Shown here piece by piece: positions 1-8,100 of a stretch of DNA of 19,069 bases. The stretch covers positions 1 through 19,069 of the forward strand of contig JAVYLZ010000009.1 in assembly GCA_038740245.1 (NCBI GenBank), read 5' to 3'. A model generated the notes under the pieces. It made no database searches, was not told where the DNA came from, and was given only the letters and a program-made list of their open reading frames with translations. Source of the DNA: Candidatus Micrarchaeia archaeon (GTDB lineage: Archaea > Micrarchaeota > Micrarchaeia > CAILAH01). The position numbers were made by a program, and so were the translations under genes. Each line of letters begins with the position of its first letter. Position 1 is the stretch's first letter.

Positions 1-3000
1 CTGTGGTGGGGGGTTGCCTGCAATTTCATTTTCAATTTTTGCTATTTCATCCAGAAGTGAGCTCCTCCTTGCGCCAAGGCCGTTGATCGCAAGCAGCGCC
101 TTCCTGTGCACATCCCTCTCAGCATCAATTGCCTTGAGCAATCTCTCGCTTCCCAGCACATCGGTTATCTTTGCGGCTTTGCACGCATCGGTTATCTCAG
201 TTGCAATTTTTTTGGCCATCTCTTGGAAATGCTCAAGGTCTTTTCTCGCATAATCAATATGGGTGGCATATTCCTCAGCATACCTCGGGCTCATTGTAAT
301 CATGTCTGTAAGTCTTTCGCCCATCAGGAACTCGCCAACTTCCTCCCTAAGCTTTGCTATTAGTTCCTCAATTTTCACAATGTCTTTTTCCACGCCCTCT
401 CTCTTGGTGTAATACTCTATAGTCCTGCTGTTACTCAACTCCTTTGAGAGCGCATCAAGCCGCCTGTAGTCCTCTCTTAGGAGCGCAATCCTTTCGTCAA
501 TGCTGGCAACTGCCGCCTCACGCACATTGTCATCAAAGTACTTGCGGTTCTCCGCGGCCTTCTTATCCGCTTCCAATGCCGAAATCTCCTTTTCTATGCG
601 CACCTTCGCCTTGCTAATCGCTTTTACTGCATCGTCCAGGATTTTCTTGGGGCCAGCATCCCCTTCAATTTCACTAAGCGTATTTTCATCGAGCTTGCTG
701 AGCATCATCCTCCATTTGTAGGCATCCAGCACAGGGTCAACAAGCTCAGGATTCCTGTTGAGGCGCCAGTGCTCCGCAGTGCCTGCCTGCCCTGGCCCGC
801 CAACCTTGGTAAGCTGGCCGTGCCTGCCTAAAACCGTGCCGGTAAACGTCGCCTCAGCCATAAGACCTATTAAATGCCCGCCTATAAGGGAGCTGCCAAT
901 TTTCTCAAGCTCAATGTAGAATCTCTGCCACTTGCTCGGCGTTACCGGAGTAATGTTCCCTTCCTTATCCACCGCATAATTGATGAGCTTTTCGGTGTTG
1001 CTGAGCGTGTCGTAGAACACTTTCTTCTGTGGGAGCGCCATATAGCTGCTGTCGGCTTTCTGTATCCACGTGTATTTGAGTGCAGCCTCATACGGCAGGA
1101 ACAGGCCGGGGTGCAGTATGTCAAGCTTCTGGAGTGAATCATAGAACCCAAGGTAATTCTTAGCCATTTCAAGTGCCGATTTTCCTGCTGCAGCATCCTT
1201 TGCTACAATTCCCTTCTCCTGCAGTTCCTTGGCAATTTCCTTTAGCAGCTCATTCTCCAATACCTTGAACCCGCTCTTGTCAAAGAGCCTCTTAAACTGG
1301 GTTGGTGCATCAATTTCCGGATCAAGCCCAAGTATGAATTCCTTTTCCTTGCCGTTAACAATCCGCTTCTGGTAGTAGTTGCCATATACAGTTGGGCTGA
1401 AACCCCTGTCAGCATACTTTCCTTCGGCAACATCCTTGAAGAACCGTGTAAACGCCTTCCTGTAAATGTCCGCAACCTGCTCCTCCATCCCAAGTATGAT
1501 ATCCTCTGTATTGTCAATTAGCTTGCCCGCCTTGGCGGCACGCTCTCTTGCAATCCTCTTTGACTCGTTAAACGTCTTGTAAGTGCCCTTGGCAGCATCA
1601 TACTCATATTGCTCCGCCCCCTCCTCACTGCCGCCGACAAGGTAGCCGAGCGACCTGTTAAGCGCAAGTATCTCCGTCCGGCGGTTGCTGTTGAACTCAA
1701 TCGCATTCGCAAAATTTTCCTCCATGGAGAACTTCTCCCATTCCGCGCGGTTGGCAAGCTTTTCTATGTCCTCCTCAAGGTTGTACTGCTTTGCGCGCGA
1801 GGTAGCGCGGTTGAATGCCGCGGCACGCCTGAACTCTGCACGCGCCCTCTCTATAAGCCCGCCGCTCTTGTAATCATTTTCAAATTTCTGCCTGAGCTGG
1901 CTCTTAGTGTCTTCATAGTTTGCCTTTATCCGCATGAATTCGGCCGTGACGTCAGAATGCGTAATATTATTGAGCGACTTTAGCACCCGTGCCTGCAGCC
2001 GCGACGCGCGTGCATTGTAATCCTCCTGCGAAATTGAATTTGCACGCGAATCAATCTCGGCCATCTCACGGGCGTAATATTCACCAAGCTGCCGTATCTT
2101 ATCTTCGATTTCCTTTAGCCGGCGGACCTCTTCAAGCCGTTTCTCGTGCTCAAGGGCCGCCTCGGCATCGCCCCTCTTTTTTGCGGCCTCAATATTCTGC
2201 AGTTCGTCCCTGTACAGCTCAGAATACTTGCCAAACTCCTCAATTGTCATTTTTTCCGGCAGCATGCCCTTCTCAGCCAGCACATCCACAAGCGTCATAA
2301 ACTCGCGCTCGTGCAGCAGGAACTGCTTCATCTTCTGCGAGCTGCCAATGTCCTCAATGCGTTCGGCATACCTGTTGGGCGTGACAAACTTGGTGTGGGT
2401 CGCTTCAATTCCTTCCTCGGACTCAAGCCCCCTCCTGTAAACATCAATGGCCTTTTTGTATCCTTCCGTCTCAAGCGCCTCGCGCACTTCATCCCTTAGG
2501 TAGGGGTCAAGCTCAATCAGCCGCCGCAGCTGCTCGTCCTGCGTTGTGGGCGCAACATCGTATTTTATCGGGTCTGCGCCCACTATCTCCCGTGCAATGT
2601 AAATAAGCCTGCTGATTTCATCGTCAGTGCCCAGCGGGTACTGCACCTCGTTTGCCTCAACGCGCGCCGCAACCGAGGGGTCAAGCAACTCAAGCGCCGG
2701 CTTTGCAACAGTGCCGGCTTCACGTATCACATCCTCGCTCACACCTTCCTCACGTGCGATCTTGACCGCCTCTTCAAACCGCTCGGGGATTGAAAGCGCA
2801 GTAAGCCGGCCCCTCTCCTTATCGCTCTTTTCCTCAACTGATTTGTAAAGGCCCTCCAGCAGCACAGCTGCTGCTGTGTCATAATCCCCTTTTAATGCGT
2901 GCTGCTCCGCCTCAATCTTGGCACTTTTCCCAGCAGCCGTATCCTCAAATGCCGTAACCTTTTCCCTGAGCACCTCCACTGCAGCCTCTTGGTTCTTCTC

Positions 3001-4674
3001 GCGCGTTTTTTCGTACATCTCAAGCGTGTTTTTGAGCTCCTCGCGCCTCTTGCCCTCAATTTCAGAGTAAAGAAGGTGAATTCCTGCAAGTGCAGTATCA
3101 TTCGCAAGCCCGTTGAAATACAGCCAGCTGTCGGTATTCGCCCTTATTATGTCAGGCAATGAGCCCATGCTCGCCTCTTTTGATGTTTTTACTATCTCCT
3201 CGTCAAGGCCAATCAGCTTTTTCTGCAGCTCTTCAATCTGCTTGCGGCTTTCTTCGTCAAGCTCACGCTCCTTGAGCGACTTTATATCTTTTGCTATTTG
3301 GTCGCGCTCCTTCTTCAGGGCTTCATATTCGGCCCTTGCGGCTGATGCTTTGCGCATCGTCTTAATGGCAATGAACGGGCTGGCTAACATATCGCCTGTT
3401 GCGCGTGTGGTGACAGCTGTCTTGTAAAGCACATTGTAAATCGGTGAGCCGATAAGCGGCACCTTCGCAATTTTATCCAATGCACCGTGGCCCACCACGC
3501 CTTTTGAGTGTGTCTTGCGCAGCTCAACAAGCGTCATCAGGTCCACAGCCATTTTCGCATCTGCATATGCCACAACACTTCTCATCATGTCGGGCAGTGC
3601 CTTGTAATCTGAAAGGTCAAGGGGACCCGTACCCCATGCGCTAACAAGCGATCTGGTGGTGCCGTCTGATGTACCGAGCCTATTAGAGGAGATGCTTATA
3701 AGCAGCTGCCCAATTTCATAGCGCATCTCAATGTACTTGCCCTTTTCAATCTTGGCCGCATCGACCGAGTTAATATTGCTAAGCGATTTAATGGAAGACT
3801 CATACTTGGAAAGAATGGCATTAATCTTTCCTTCAATTTCGTTCCTAACCTGCTTCCAATTCTTGCCTTCCTTTTTTGCAATTTTCTTGGCAAGCACCTC
3901 AACCTGATTTTTTATTGAGTCCTCAATCTCCGCAGCCATACGCCGGGCTTTTTCCTTGGCCAGCATAGCCACGTCTTCGTGATGGGACAGCTGTATCTCA
4001 GGTTTTTTACGTGAGGCCGGCACACGCGGCGTTGTAATGTCAAGCAGCTTTAATGGGCTTGACCCGGCCGCGTACAGCCCAGCAATAAGGAATCCCATGA
4101 ATATGAAGAACAAGAGGCATATTTTCTGCCTGTCTTCATCCTCATTAAGGTAATCAAGCATTCCTTCTGTTGCTGCAGTGAGTTCCTGCGCCCGTGTTAT
4201 GCAATATATACCAGCCGATTCACTAACAGAGCCAAACAGGGGGTCTTTCTTTAGCTTTGCACGGACCTCTAGGCATCCCATCTCATCAAAAGGGCTTGTT
4301 GGAGCGGCTTTAAGCTCTGTCAAGTTCATCTTGGCAGTGAACTGGCCACGGATATCCGTATTGCCTTCACCTAAGCTCACGTCACCCGCGTAAATTTCAA
4401 TCTTCTTATCAGGCAGTGGCTCAAGCACGAGCCCCTGTGTTACCAATGTGCCTTCCTTTGGCAGCTGGTCCTCAACCGAACTCCCCATCATAATGCTTGC
4501 GTTGTAAAGGGTTACTGTAACATTATACACATCTGTTCCTATGGGGGTAACCCTGATTTTGAGCACGGCCATTGGCTTGTCATTTCCATAAGGGGAAATA
4601 AGCTCTGCACCGGAGAGGGGCAAAAGTAGCAATAATGCAAGTGCAAGTGCTGGTATGAGACCAAGGCGCCCCAT
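1..4674 (-). CDS. Giant membrane-anchored hypothetical protein (>=1558 aa, 3' end beyond the window): signal peptide, small extracellular Ig-like domain, one TM helix, very long charged alpha-helical/coiled-coil region
   Basis: Manual translation from ATG at 4674 stays open to base 1 with no stop. It starts MGRLGLIPALALALLLLLPLSGA|E (signal peptide), then a beta-rich ~160 aa with TDIRGQF, two Cys and sequons NVT/NAS/NLT, then TM ICLLFFIFMGFLIAGLYAAG (4122-4063), then SSPLKLLDITTPRVP and E/K/R/A-rich heptad-like segments (e.g. EYEALKKERDQIAKDIKSLKERELDEESRKQIEELQKKLIGLDEEI). Codon usage matches the other genes (CTT, GAG, AAG). TATA box upstream. Confidence 0.9.
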   Translation of the reverse strand, partial: MGRLGLIPALALALLLLLPLSGAELISPYGNDKPMAVLKIRVTPIGTDVYNVTVTLYNASIMMGSSVEDQLPKEGTLVTQGLVLEPLPDKKIEIYAGDVSLGEGNTDIRGQFTAKMNLTELKAAPTSPFDEMGCLEVRAKLKKDPLFGSVSESAGIYCITRAQELTAATEGMLDYLNEDEDRQKICLLFFIFMGFLIAGLYAAGSSPLKLLDITTPRVPASRKKPEIQLSHHEDVAMLAKEKARRMAAEIEDSIKNQVEVLAKKIAKKEGKNWKQVRNEIEGKINAILSKYESSIKSLSNINSVDAAKIEKGKYIEMRYEIGQLLISISSNRLGTSDGTTRSLVSAWGTGPLDLSDYKALPDMMRSVVAYADAKMAVDLMTLVELRKTHSKGVVGHGALDKIAKVPLIGSPIYNVLYKTAVTTRATGDMLASPFIAIKTMRKASAARAEYEALKKERDQIAKDIKSLKERELDEESRKQIEELQKKLIGLDEEIVKTSKEASMGSLPDIIRANTDSWLYFNGLANDTALAGIHLLYSEIEGKRREELKNTLEMYEKTREKNQEAAVEVLREKVTAFEDTAAGKSAKIEAEQHALKGDYDTAAAVLLEGLYKSVEEKSDKERGRLTALSIPERFEEAVKIAREEGVSEDVIREAGTVAKPALELLDPSVAARVEANEVQYPLGTDDEISRLIYIAREIVGADPIKYDVAPTTQDEQLRRLIELDPYLRDEVREALETEGYKKAIDVYRRGLESEEGIEATHTKFVTPNRYAERIEDIGSSQKMKQFLLHEREFMTLVDVLAEKGMLPEKMTIEEFGKYSELYRDELQNIEAAKKRGDAEAALEHEKRLEEVRRLKEIEDKIRQLGEYYAREMAEIDSRANSISQEDYNARASRLQARVLKSLNNITHSDVTAEFMRIKANYEDTKSQLRQKFENDYKSGGLIERARAEFRRAAAFNRATSRAKQYNLEEDIEKLANRAEWEKFSMEENFANAIEFNSNRRTEILALNRSLGYLVGGSEEGAEQYEYDAAKGTYKTFNESKRIARERAAKAGKLIDNTEDIILGMEEQVADIYRKAFTRFFKDVAEGKYADRGFSPTVYGNYYQKRIVNGKEKEFILGLDPEIDAPTQFKRLFDKSGFKVLENELLKEIAKELQEKGIVAKDAAAGKSALEMAKNYLGFYDSLQKLDILHPGLFLPYEAALKYTWIQKADSSYMALPQKKVFYDTLSNTEKLINYAVDKEGNITPVTPSKWQRFYIELEKIGSSLIGGHLIGLMAEATFTGTVLGRHGQLTKVGGPGQAGTAEHWRLNRNPELVDPVLDAYKWRMMLSKLDENTLSEIEGDAGPKKILDDAVKAISKAKVRIEKEISALEADKKAAENRKYFDDNVREAAVASIDERIALLREDYRRLDALSKELSNSRTIEYYTKREGVEKDIVKIEELIAKLREEVGEFLMGERLTDMITMSPRYAEEYATHIDYARKDLEHFQEMAKKIATEITDACKAAKITDVLGSERLLKAIDAERDVHRKALLAINGLGARRSSLLDEIAKIENEIAGNPPPQ

Positions 4675-4696
4675 CACTTCTTATAGGTGCGTTTTA

Positions 4697-4704
4697 TATA
4701 TAAA
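4697..4704 (-). promoter_or_regulatory. Archaeal TATA box (TTTATATA) for the giant gene
   Basis: Minus strand reads cgataaaaatatatTTATATAtaaaacgc...gaagtgATG. The box lies about 23-30 nt upstream of the ATG at 4674, in an AT-rich patch with an A-rich BRE-like stretch in front. Confidence 0.6.
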
Positions 4705-4736
4705 TATATTTTTATCGGGCAACATCGGCAAAGTGG

Positions 4737-5483
4737 TTATCCCTTTGGCTTGCGCCCGCGTATCCCGGGCAGCTTTATCTCAGGGAACGCCTTTTTCAGC
4801 ACGTCTGGTGATGGGACGGGGGAATACCCTATCAGTTCGGCAGCCGCAAGGAATGCGCCCATATCCCCCCCGCTCTCAGCATACGCTTGCCTGAGCGCCG
4901 GCAGGCCCTTCCTTTTTCCTTTTGCTATCCTTTCCCCCTGTGCGGCGTGCCCGCTCCCGAATTGCAGTGCATAGTATTTCCCCCATACAGATGCCTTAAT
5001 CCCGAGCAGGAAGGCCGCAGCTTCACGGGCAGTGGTTTCAGGCAGCACGCTCATTTTCTTTACGGCAATCCACCCCTTATCATCACTTACGAAAAATATC
5101 TTGCCTGCAATTGGGCGCCCGCCCTGTGCAGCACGCGGGGGCACAACCGGCCCGTGGAACCGCTTAATCAGCTCCTCAAACATTATTGATTCGCAGAGAG
5201 GCGTATAATCACATGTGATTGGCTCGTCATCTTCATTTTTCGGCGGGATGTCGGGAAGCTTGCCAAATTTCTGGAGCTCCTGCATCTTAACTGCACCGAG
5301 CGCCTCGCCAAGGTCTTTTGCGTTTATAGACGATAGATATTTGCAAAGCCCGTCAACATCAATCCCAAGAATCCTGTACGGCAGGTCGCCGATTGTGTTG
5401 TAGGCCATCTCAAGCCCCTCTTTAAGGCTCTGGGACTCGCACGCCCGCATCTCCTTGCCATACCCAATGTTAAGCCGCATCAT
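4737..5483 (-). CDS. DUF2666-like archaeal protein (extended, possibly two-domain)
   Basis: C-terminal half IFFVSDDKGWIAVKKMSV...EAAAFLLGI...FPEIKLPGIRGRKPKG resembles the DUF2666 family as I recall it. Start chosen at ATG 5483 behind GTGAT; the track's GTG at 5492 is the alternative. Confidence 0.6.
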   Translation of the reverse strand: MMRLNIGYGKEMRACESQSLKEGLEMAYNTIGDLPYRILGIDVDGLCKYLSSINAKDLGEALGAVKMQELQKFGKLPDIPPKNEDDEPITCDYTPLCESIMFEELIKRFHGPVVPPRAAQGGRPIAGKIFFVSDDKGWIAVKKMSVLPETTAREAAAFLLGIKASVWGKYYALQFGSGHAAQGERIAKGKRKGLPALRQAYAESGGDMGAFLAAAELIGYSPVPSPDVLKKAFPEIKLPGIRGRKPKG

Positions 5484-5503
5484 ACTTATCACGCATCATA
5501 TTT

Positions 5504-6085
5504 TCATACTGCAGCCGCTTCTGCACCGTTTCGTTCAACGAGCGCAAGTATTTCCTTGCACTTGTTTATGTATTCCTCCAGTGTGCCGTCGTTGACAATC
5601 ATAAGGTCCGCGAGCGATATTGCCTTGGATACGCCATACCCAAGCTCCATCTCGTCGCTCCACAGGAATTCGTCATAGCTTTTTGGGTCGTCAATCTTGC
5701 CGGTACGGCTCATTACGCGCTGGAACCGCATCTTGGGCGGGGAGTGTATGGCAAGCAGCACAACGTTCTGCTCGCCGAACGCCTCGCGGAACGCACGGAC
5801 CTCGTACATGCCCCGCACGCCGATTACAAGCACAACGCCCCTGCGTATGCCGGCGGCACGTATGCGCTCCGCCATCTTTCTTGCGACAATATCCTTCCCG
5901 TAAACCTCGCGTATCCCCTTTGCAAACTCGCGCATGTTCCTGTTGCTCATTATGATGTTTTCTGCAGCCATCATCTCTGCAACTATGTCGCGCATCTCAA
6001 ACACCGGCATGCCGCGCATCTTGGCAGCCTCGCCCAGCACGCTTTTGCCGCACCCTCTCATACCCGTAACACATACAATCTTCAT
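5504..6085 (-). CDS. UPF0200 / dephospho-CoA-kinase-like P-loop nucleotide kinase
   Basis: N-terminal Walker A GMRGCGKS; GVRGMYEV; RFQRVMSR..DDPKSYDEF..DEMELGYG...ADLMIVNDGTLEE pattern typical of the archaeal UPF0200 family. GGTGA RBS overlaps the carS stop. Confidence 0.85.
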   Translation of the reverse strand: MKIVCVTGMRGCGKSVLGEAAKMRGMPVFEMRDIVAEMMAAENIIMSNRNMREFAKGIREVYGKDIVARKMAERIRAAGIRRGVVLVIGVRGMYEVRAFREAFGEQNVVLLAIHSPPKMRFQRVMSRTGKIDDPKSYDEFLWSDEMELGYGVSKAISLADLMIVNDGTLEEYINKCKEILALVERNGAEAAAV

Positions 6086-6089
6086 AGCA

Positions 6090-6599
6090 TCACCACGGGA
6101 CCTTTTTCAGGCCAAGCCGGTTTGCTGCAATGTTGGCCGCGCGGTGCATAACATATGTAAGCACCATTATTGTAGCCACACTTTCCGCACGAAGCACTGC
6201 CGGGAGCTCATGCACGAGCACCGGCGCCGCAAGCACAAGCGCAAACACTATGAACAGCAGCTGGTCCATCACAAATGACGGCTTCCCACGCTCAATGCCC
6301 ATCCGCCGCTTTATGAAGCTGCCCGCCAAATCACCAAGCATTGCACCGCAGCTTGCAAGCGTGCCCATTAGCAGTATCCACGGTGCCGAGAGCAAGTAGG
6401 ACAGCAATGCGCTTGCAAGCGCACCTGCACCTACTCCCGCTGCCAGGCCGCGCCACGTCTTGCCGTCGCCCAGCCATCTCCTTTTGTCCCAGGCAACAGC
6501 CCCAAAATCAACCGGCGGGCCCCCGCCCAGCACCACAGGCGCCGCGTTTGCAATATACGGCGGGATTATGAACACGAGTATGGCCCACAAGTCAAGCAT
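6090..6599 (-). CDS. carS: CDP-archaeol synthase (CDP-2,3-bis-(O-geranylgeranyl)-sn-glycerol synthase, DUF46)
   Basis: PPYIANAAPV..GG.PVDFG...R.LGDGKTWRG, GAMLGDLAGSFIKRRMGIERG...DQL and C-terminal N...RLGLKKVPW; multiple TM helices. ATG at 6599 preferred over the track's TTG at 6608. Confidence 0.93.
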   Translation of the reverse strand: MLDLWAILVFIIPPYIANAAPVVLGGGPPVDFGAVAWDKRRWLGDGKTWRGLAAGVGAGALASALLSYLLSAPWILLMGTLASCGAMLGDLAGSFIKRRMGIERGKPSFVMDQLLFIVFALVLAAPVLVHELPAVLRAESVATIMVLTYVMHRAANIAANRLGLKKVPW

Positions 6600-6623
6600 A
6601 GTGCCCAATTCAAAATGCAGAAG

Positions 6624-6632
6624 CTTATATTA
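6624..6632. promoter_or_regulatory. Putative shared bidirectional TATA element between carS and sppA
   Basis: CTTATATTA sits in the 53-bp divergent gap, roughly 25-30 nt from both start codons (6599 and 6653). Confidence 0.4.
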
Positions 6633-6652
6633 CTTGATGGGCTCATAAGACC

Positions 6653-7606
6653 ATGAGGCAGGCGTCAGCTCAGTCCGGATACAGGTTTTCATTGCTCGGC
6701 ATAATAGTATTCTTGCTCATTGCAGTTGCAATAGGTGCAGTGCTGCTTGCAATCATAGGGCAGGTTTTAGGGCTATCACTTCTTTCCAGGCCCTGCATTG
6801 CAGAGGTGCGCATAGACGACTACATAACTGAATACAGGGAGGAGCCGTCCATATTCTCAAGCAGGCAGCGCCCGACCTCTGAGGATATAATAAAGCAGAT
6901 TGAGGAAGCCAACCGCCGCCCGGATGTTAAGGCGATTGTGCTTTACATAGATTCGCCCGGCGGCGAAGTGATTGCAAGCAGGGAGATTTATGAGGCCGCA
7001 AAGGCATCAAAAAAGCCGGTGGTTGCATACCTCCGCAACCTTGCCGCTTCTGGCGCTTATTACGCTGCAGTCGGCTCGGATTACATAGTATCTGAACCGG
7101 AAGCGATAACAGGGAGCATCGGTGTGCGTGCAACATTCATATCTCTTGAGGGGCTGTTTGAGAAGCTTGGTATAAATTATACTGTTGTTGCCTCCGGCGA
7201 CAAGAAAGCGATGGGGGACATAGACCGCCAGCTTACACCGGAGGAGCGCGAGATAGTGCAGGCATACATAGATGAAGTATTCTCGGACTTCAGGTCCGCG
7301 GTTTACGAGTCGCGGAAAGGCAACCCGCGGTTCACAGATGAGCGGTTCAGCCAGGCGCTTGACGCACGCATGCTCTCCGGAAGGATGGCATACTCGCTCG
7401 GCCTTGTTGATGAGGTGGGCAGCCGCAAGACAGCATTCAGGAAAGCGGCAGACCTTGCAGGCATTGAAGAATACAGCGAGTGCACGCTGTCAGGCCAGGG
7501 CGGCCTGCTTGAGGCGTTCATGGAGAGCGTTTCAGGTGTAATAAACGTGAATGTCAACATTGCGCCCCAGCTGATTGACCGGAGGGCTACGGTTTCTTAT
7601 ACCTAA
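6653..7606 (+). CDS. sppA: Signal peptide peptidase SppA (protease IV, S49)
   Basis: N-terminal TM; VKAIVLYIDSPGG, catalytic-Ser motif AASGAYY, TGSIGV, GDKK, and A..LGLVDEVG motifs. Confidence 0.93.
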   Translation: MRQASAQSGYRFSLLGIIVFLLIAVAIGAVLLAIIGQVLGLSLLSRPCIAEVRIDDYITEYREEPSIFSSRQRPTSEDIIKQIEEANRRPDVKAIVLYIDSPGGEVIASREIYEAAKASKKPVVAYLRNLAASGAYYAAVGSDYIVSEPEAITGSIGVRATFISLEGLFEKLGINYTVVASGDKKAMGDIDRQLTPEEREIVQAYIDEVFSDFRSAVYESRKGNPRFTDERFSQALDARMLSGRMAYSLGLVDEVGSRKTAFRKAADLAGIEEYSECTLSGQGGLLEAFMESVSGVINVNVNIAPQLIDRRATVSYT

Positions 7607-7619
7607 AAAATGAATCGGG

Positions 7620-8006
7620 TTATTGTTTCTTTATGAGGCGTGCATTGACCTGCCCGTCCTGTGCGGGCCTGTTAACCACGATTGCGTCACCGGCCTCCGT
7701 GGATATGTGCGCGCCCTTGGTGATGAACCCCTGCCTTGCATAGTTCCTGTTGTCGGGCGTTGAGATGACCTTGAGTATCTTGGCCTTGACACAGCGCCCC
7801 CTATCAACAACCACGTTCGCATATTGTATGCTCTTAACGTGAAGCTTGAGGCCGCCGCCCTTTACGGTTTTTTTCTCAGCCACTTTTTCCGAGCCCACCT
7901 TCGGGGCCGAGAAGTAGCCGCCCGCCTCATACTTCCTCTTATCCCTGCTTGGAACCCTGCGCCCGCCGCGCGGGTTTGTAAGTGACCTGCCGTGGAATTG
8001 GTCCAT
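7620..8006 (-). CDS. rps8e: 30S ribosomal protein S8e
   Basis: 128 aa, basic; GRS....GG......KRKYE.G, KGG..K, V..TPDN.NYARQG.ITKGA.I.TE.G.A.V.NRP.QDGQVNA.L signature. Confidence 0.95.
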   Translation of the reverse strand: MDQFHGRSLTNPRGGRRVPSRDKRKYEAGGYFSAPKVGSEKVAEKKTVKGGGLKLHVKSIQYANVVVDRGRCVKAKILKVISTPDNRNYARQGFITKGAHISTEAGDAIVVNRPAQDGQVNARLIKKQ

Positions 8007-8053
8007 ATGATTCCCTCTTATTCAAAAAGTGAGGTAGATTAAGCCAGCAAACC

Positions 8054-8061
8054 AATAAAAA
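8054..8061 (-). promoter_or_regulatory. Putative TATA box (TTTTTATT) upstream of rps8e
   Basis: Minus strand gaagttaaaggTTTTTATTgg with a purine-rich BRE-like segment; a GAGGGA RBS-like motif precedes the ATG at 8006. Confidence 0.4.
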
Positions 8062-8100
8062 CCTTTAACTTCTGGGCTGATGGTTTTGCCGTTGCATTTT

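Noticed and set aside
14..4393. Many short ORFs (60-124 aa) listed on both strands in the first 4.4 kb
   Set aside because: All are shadows of the single uninterrupted minus-strand frame 4674->1; their Ser/Phe/Leu-rich sequences are the antisense of Glu/Lys-rich codons.
8007..8100. Possible SRP RNA or tRNA next to rps8e
   Set aside because: The gap is only 94 bp, AT-rich, with no cloverleaf or SRP helix pattern; it looks like a promoter/leader.
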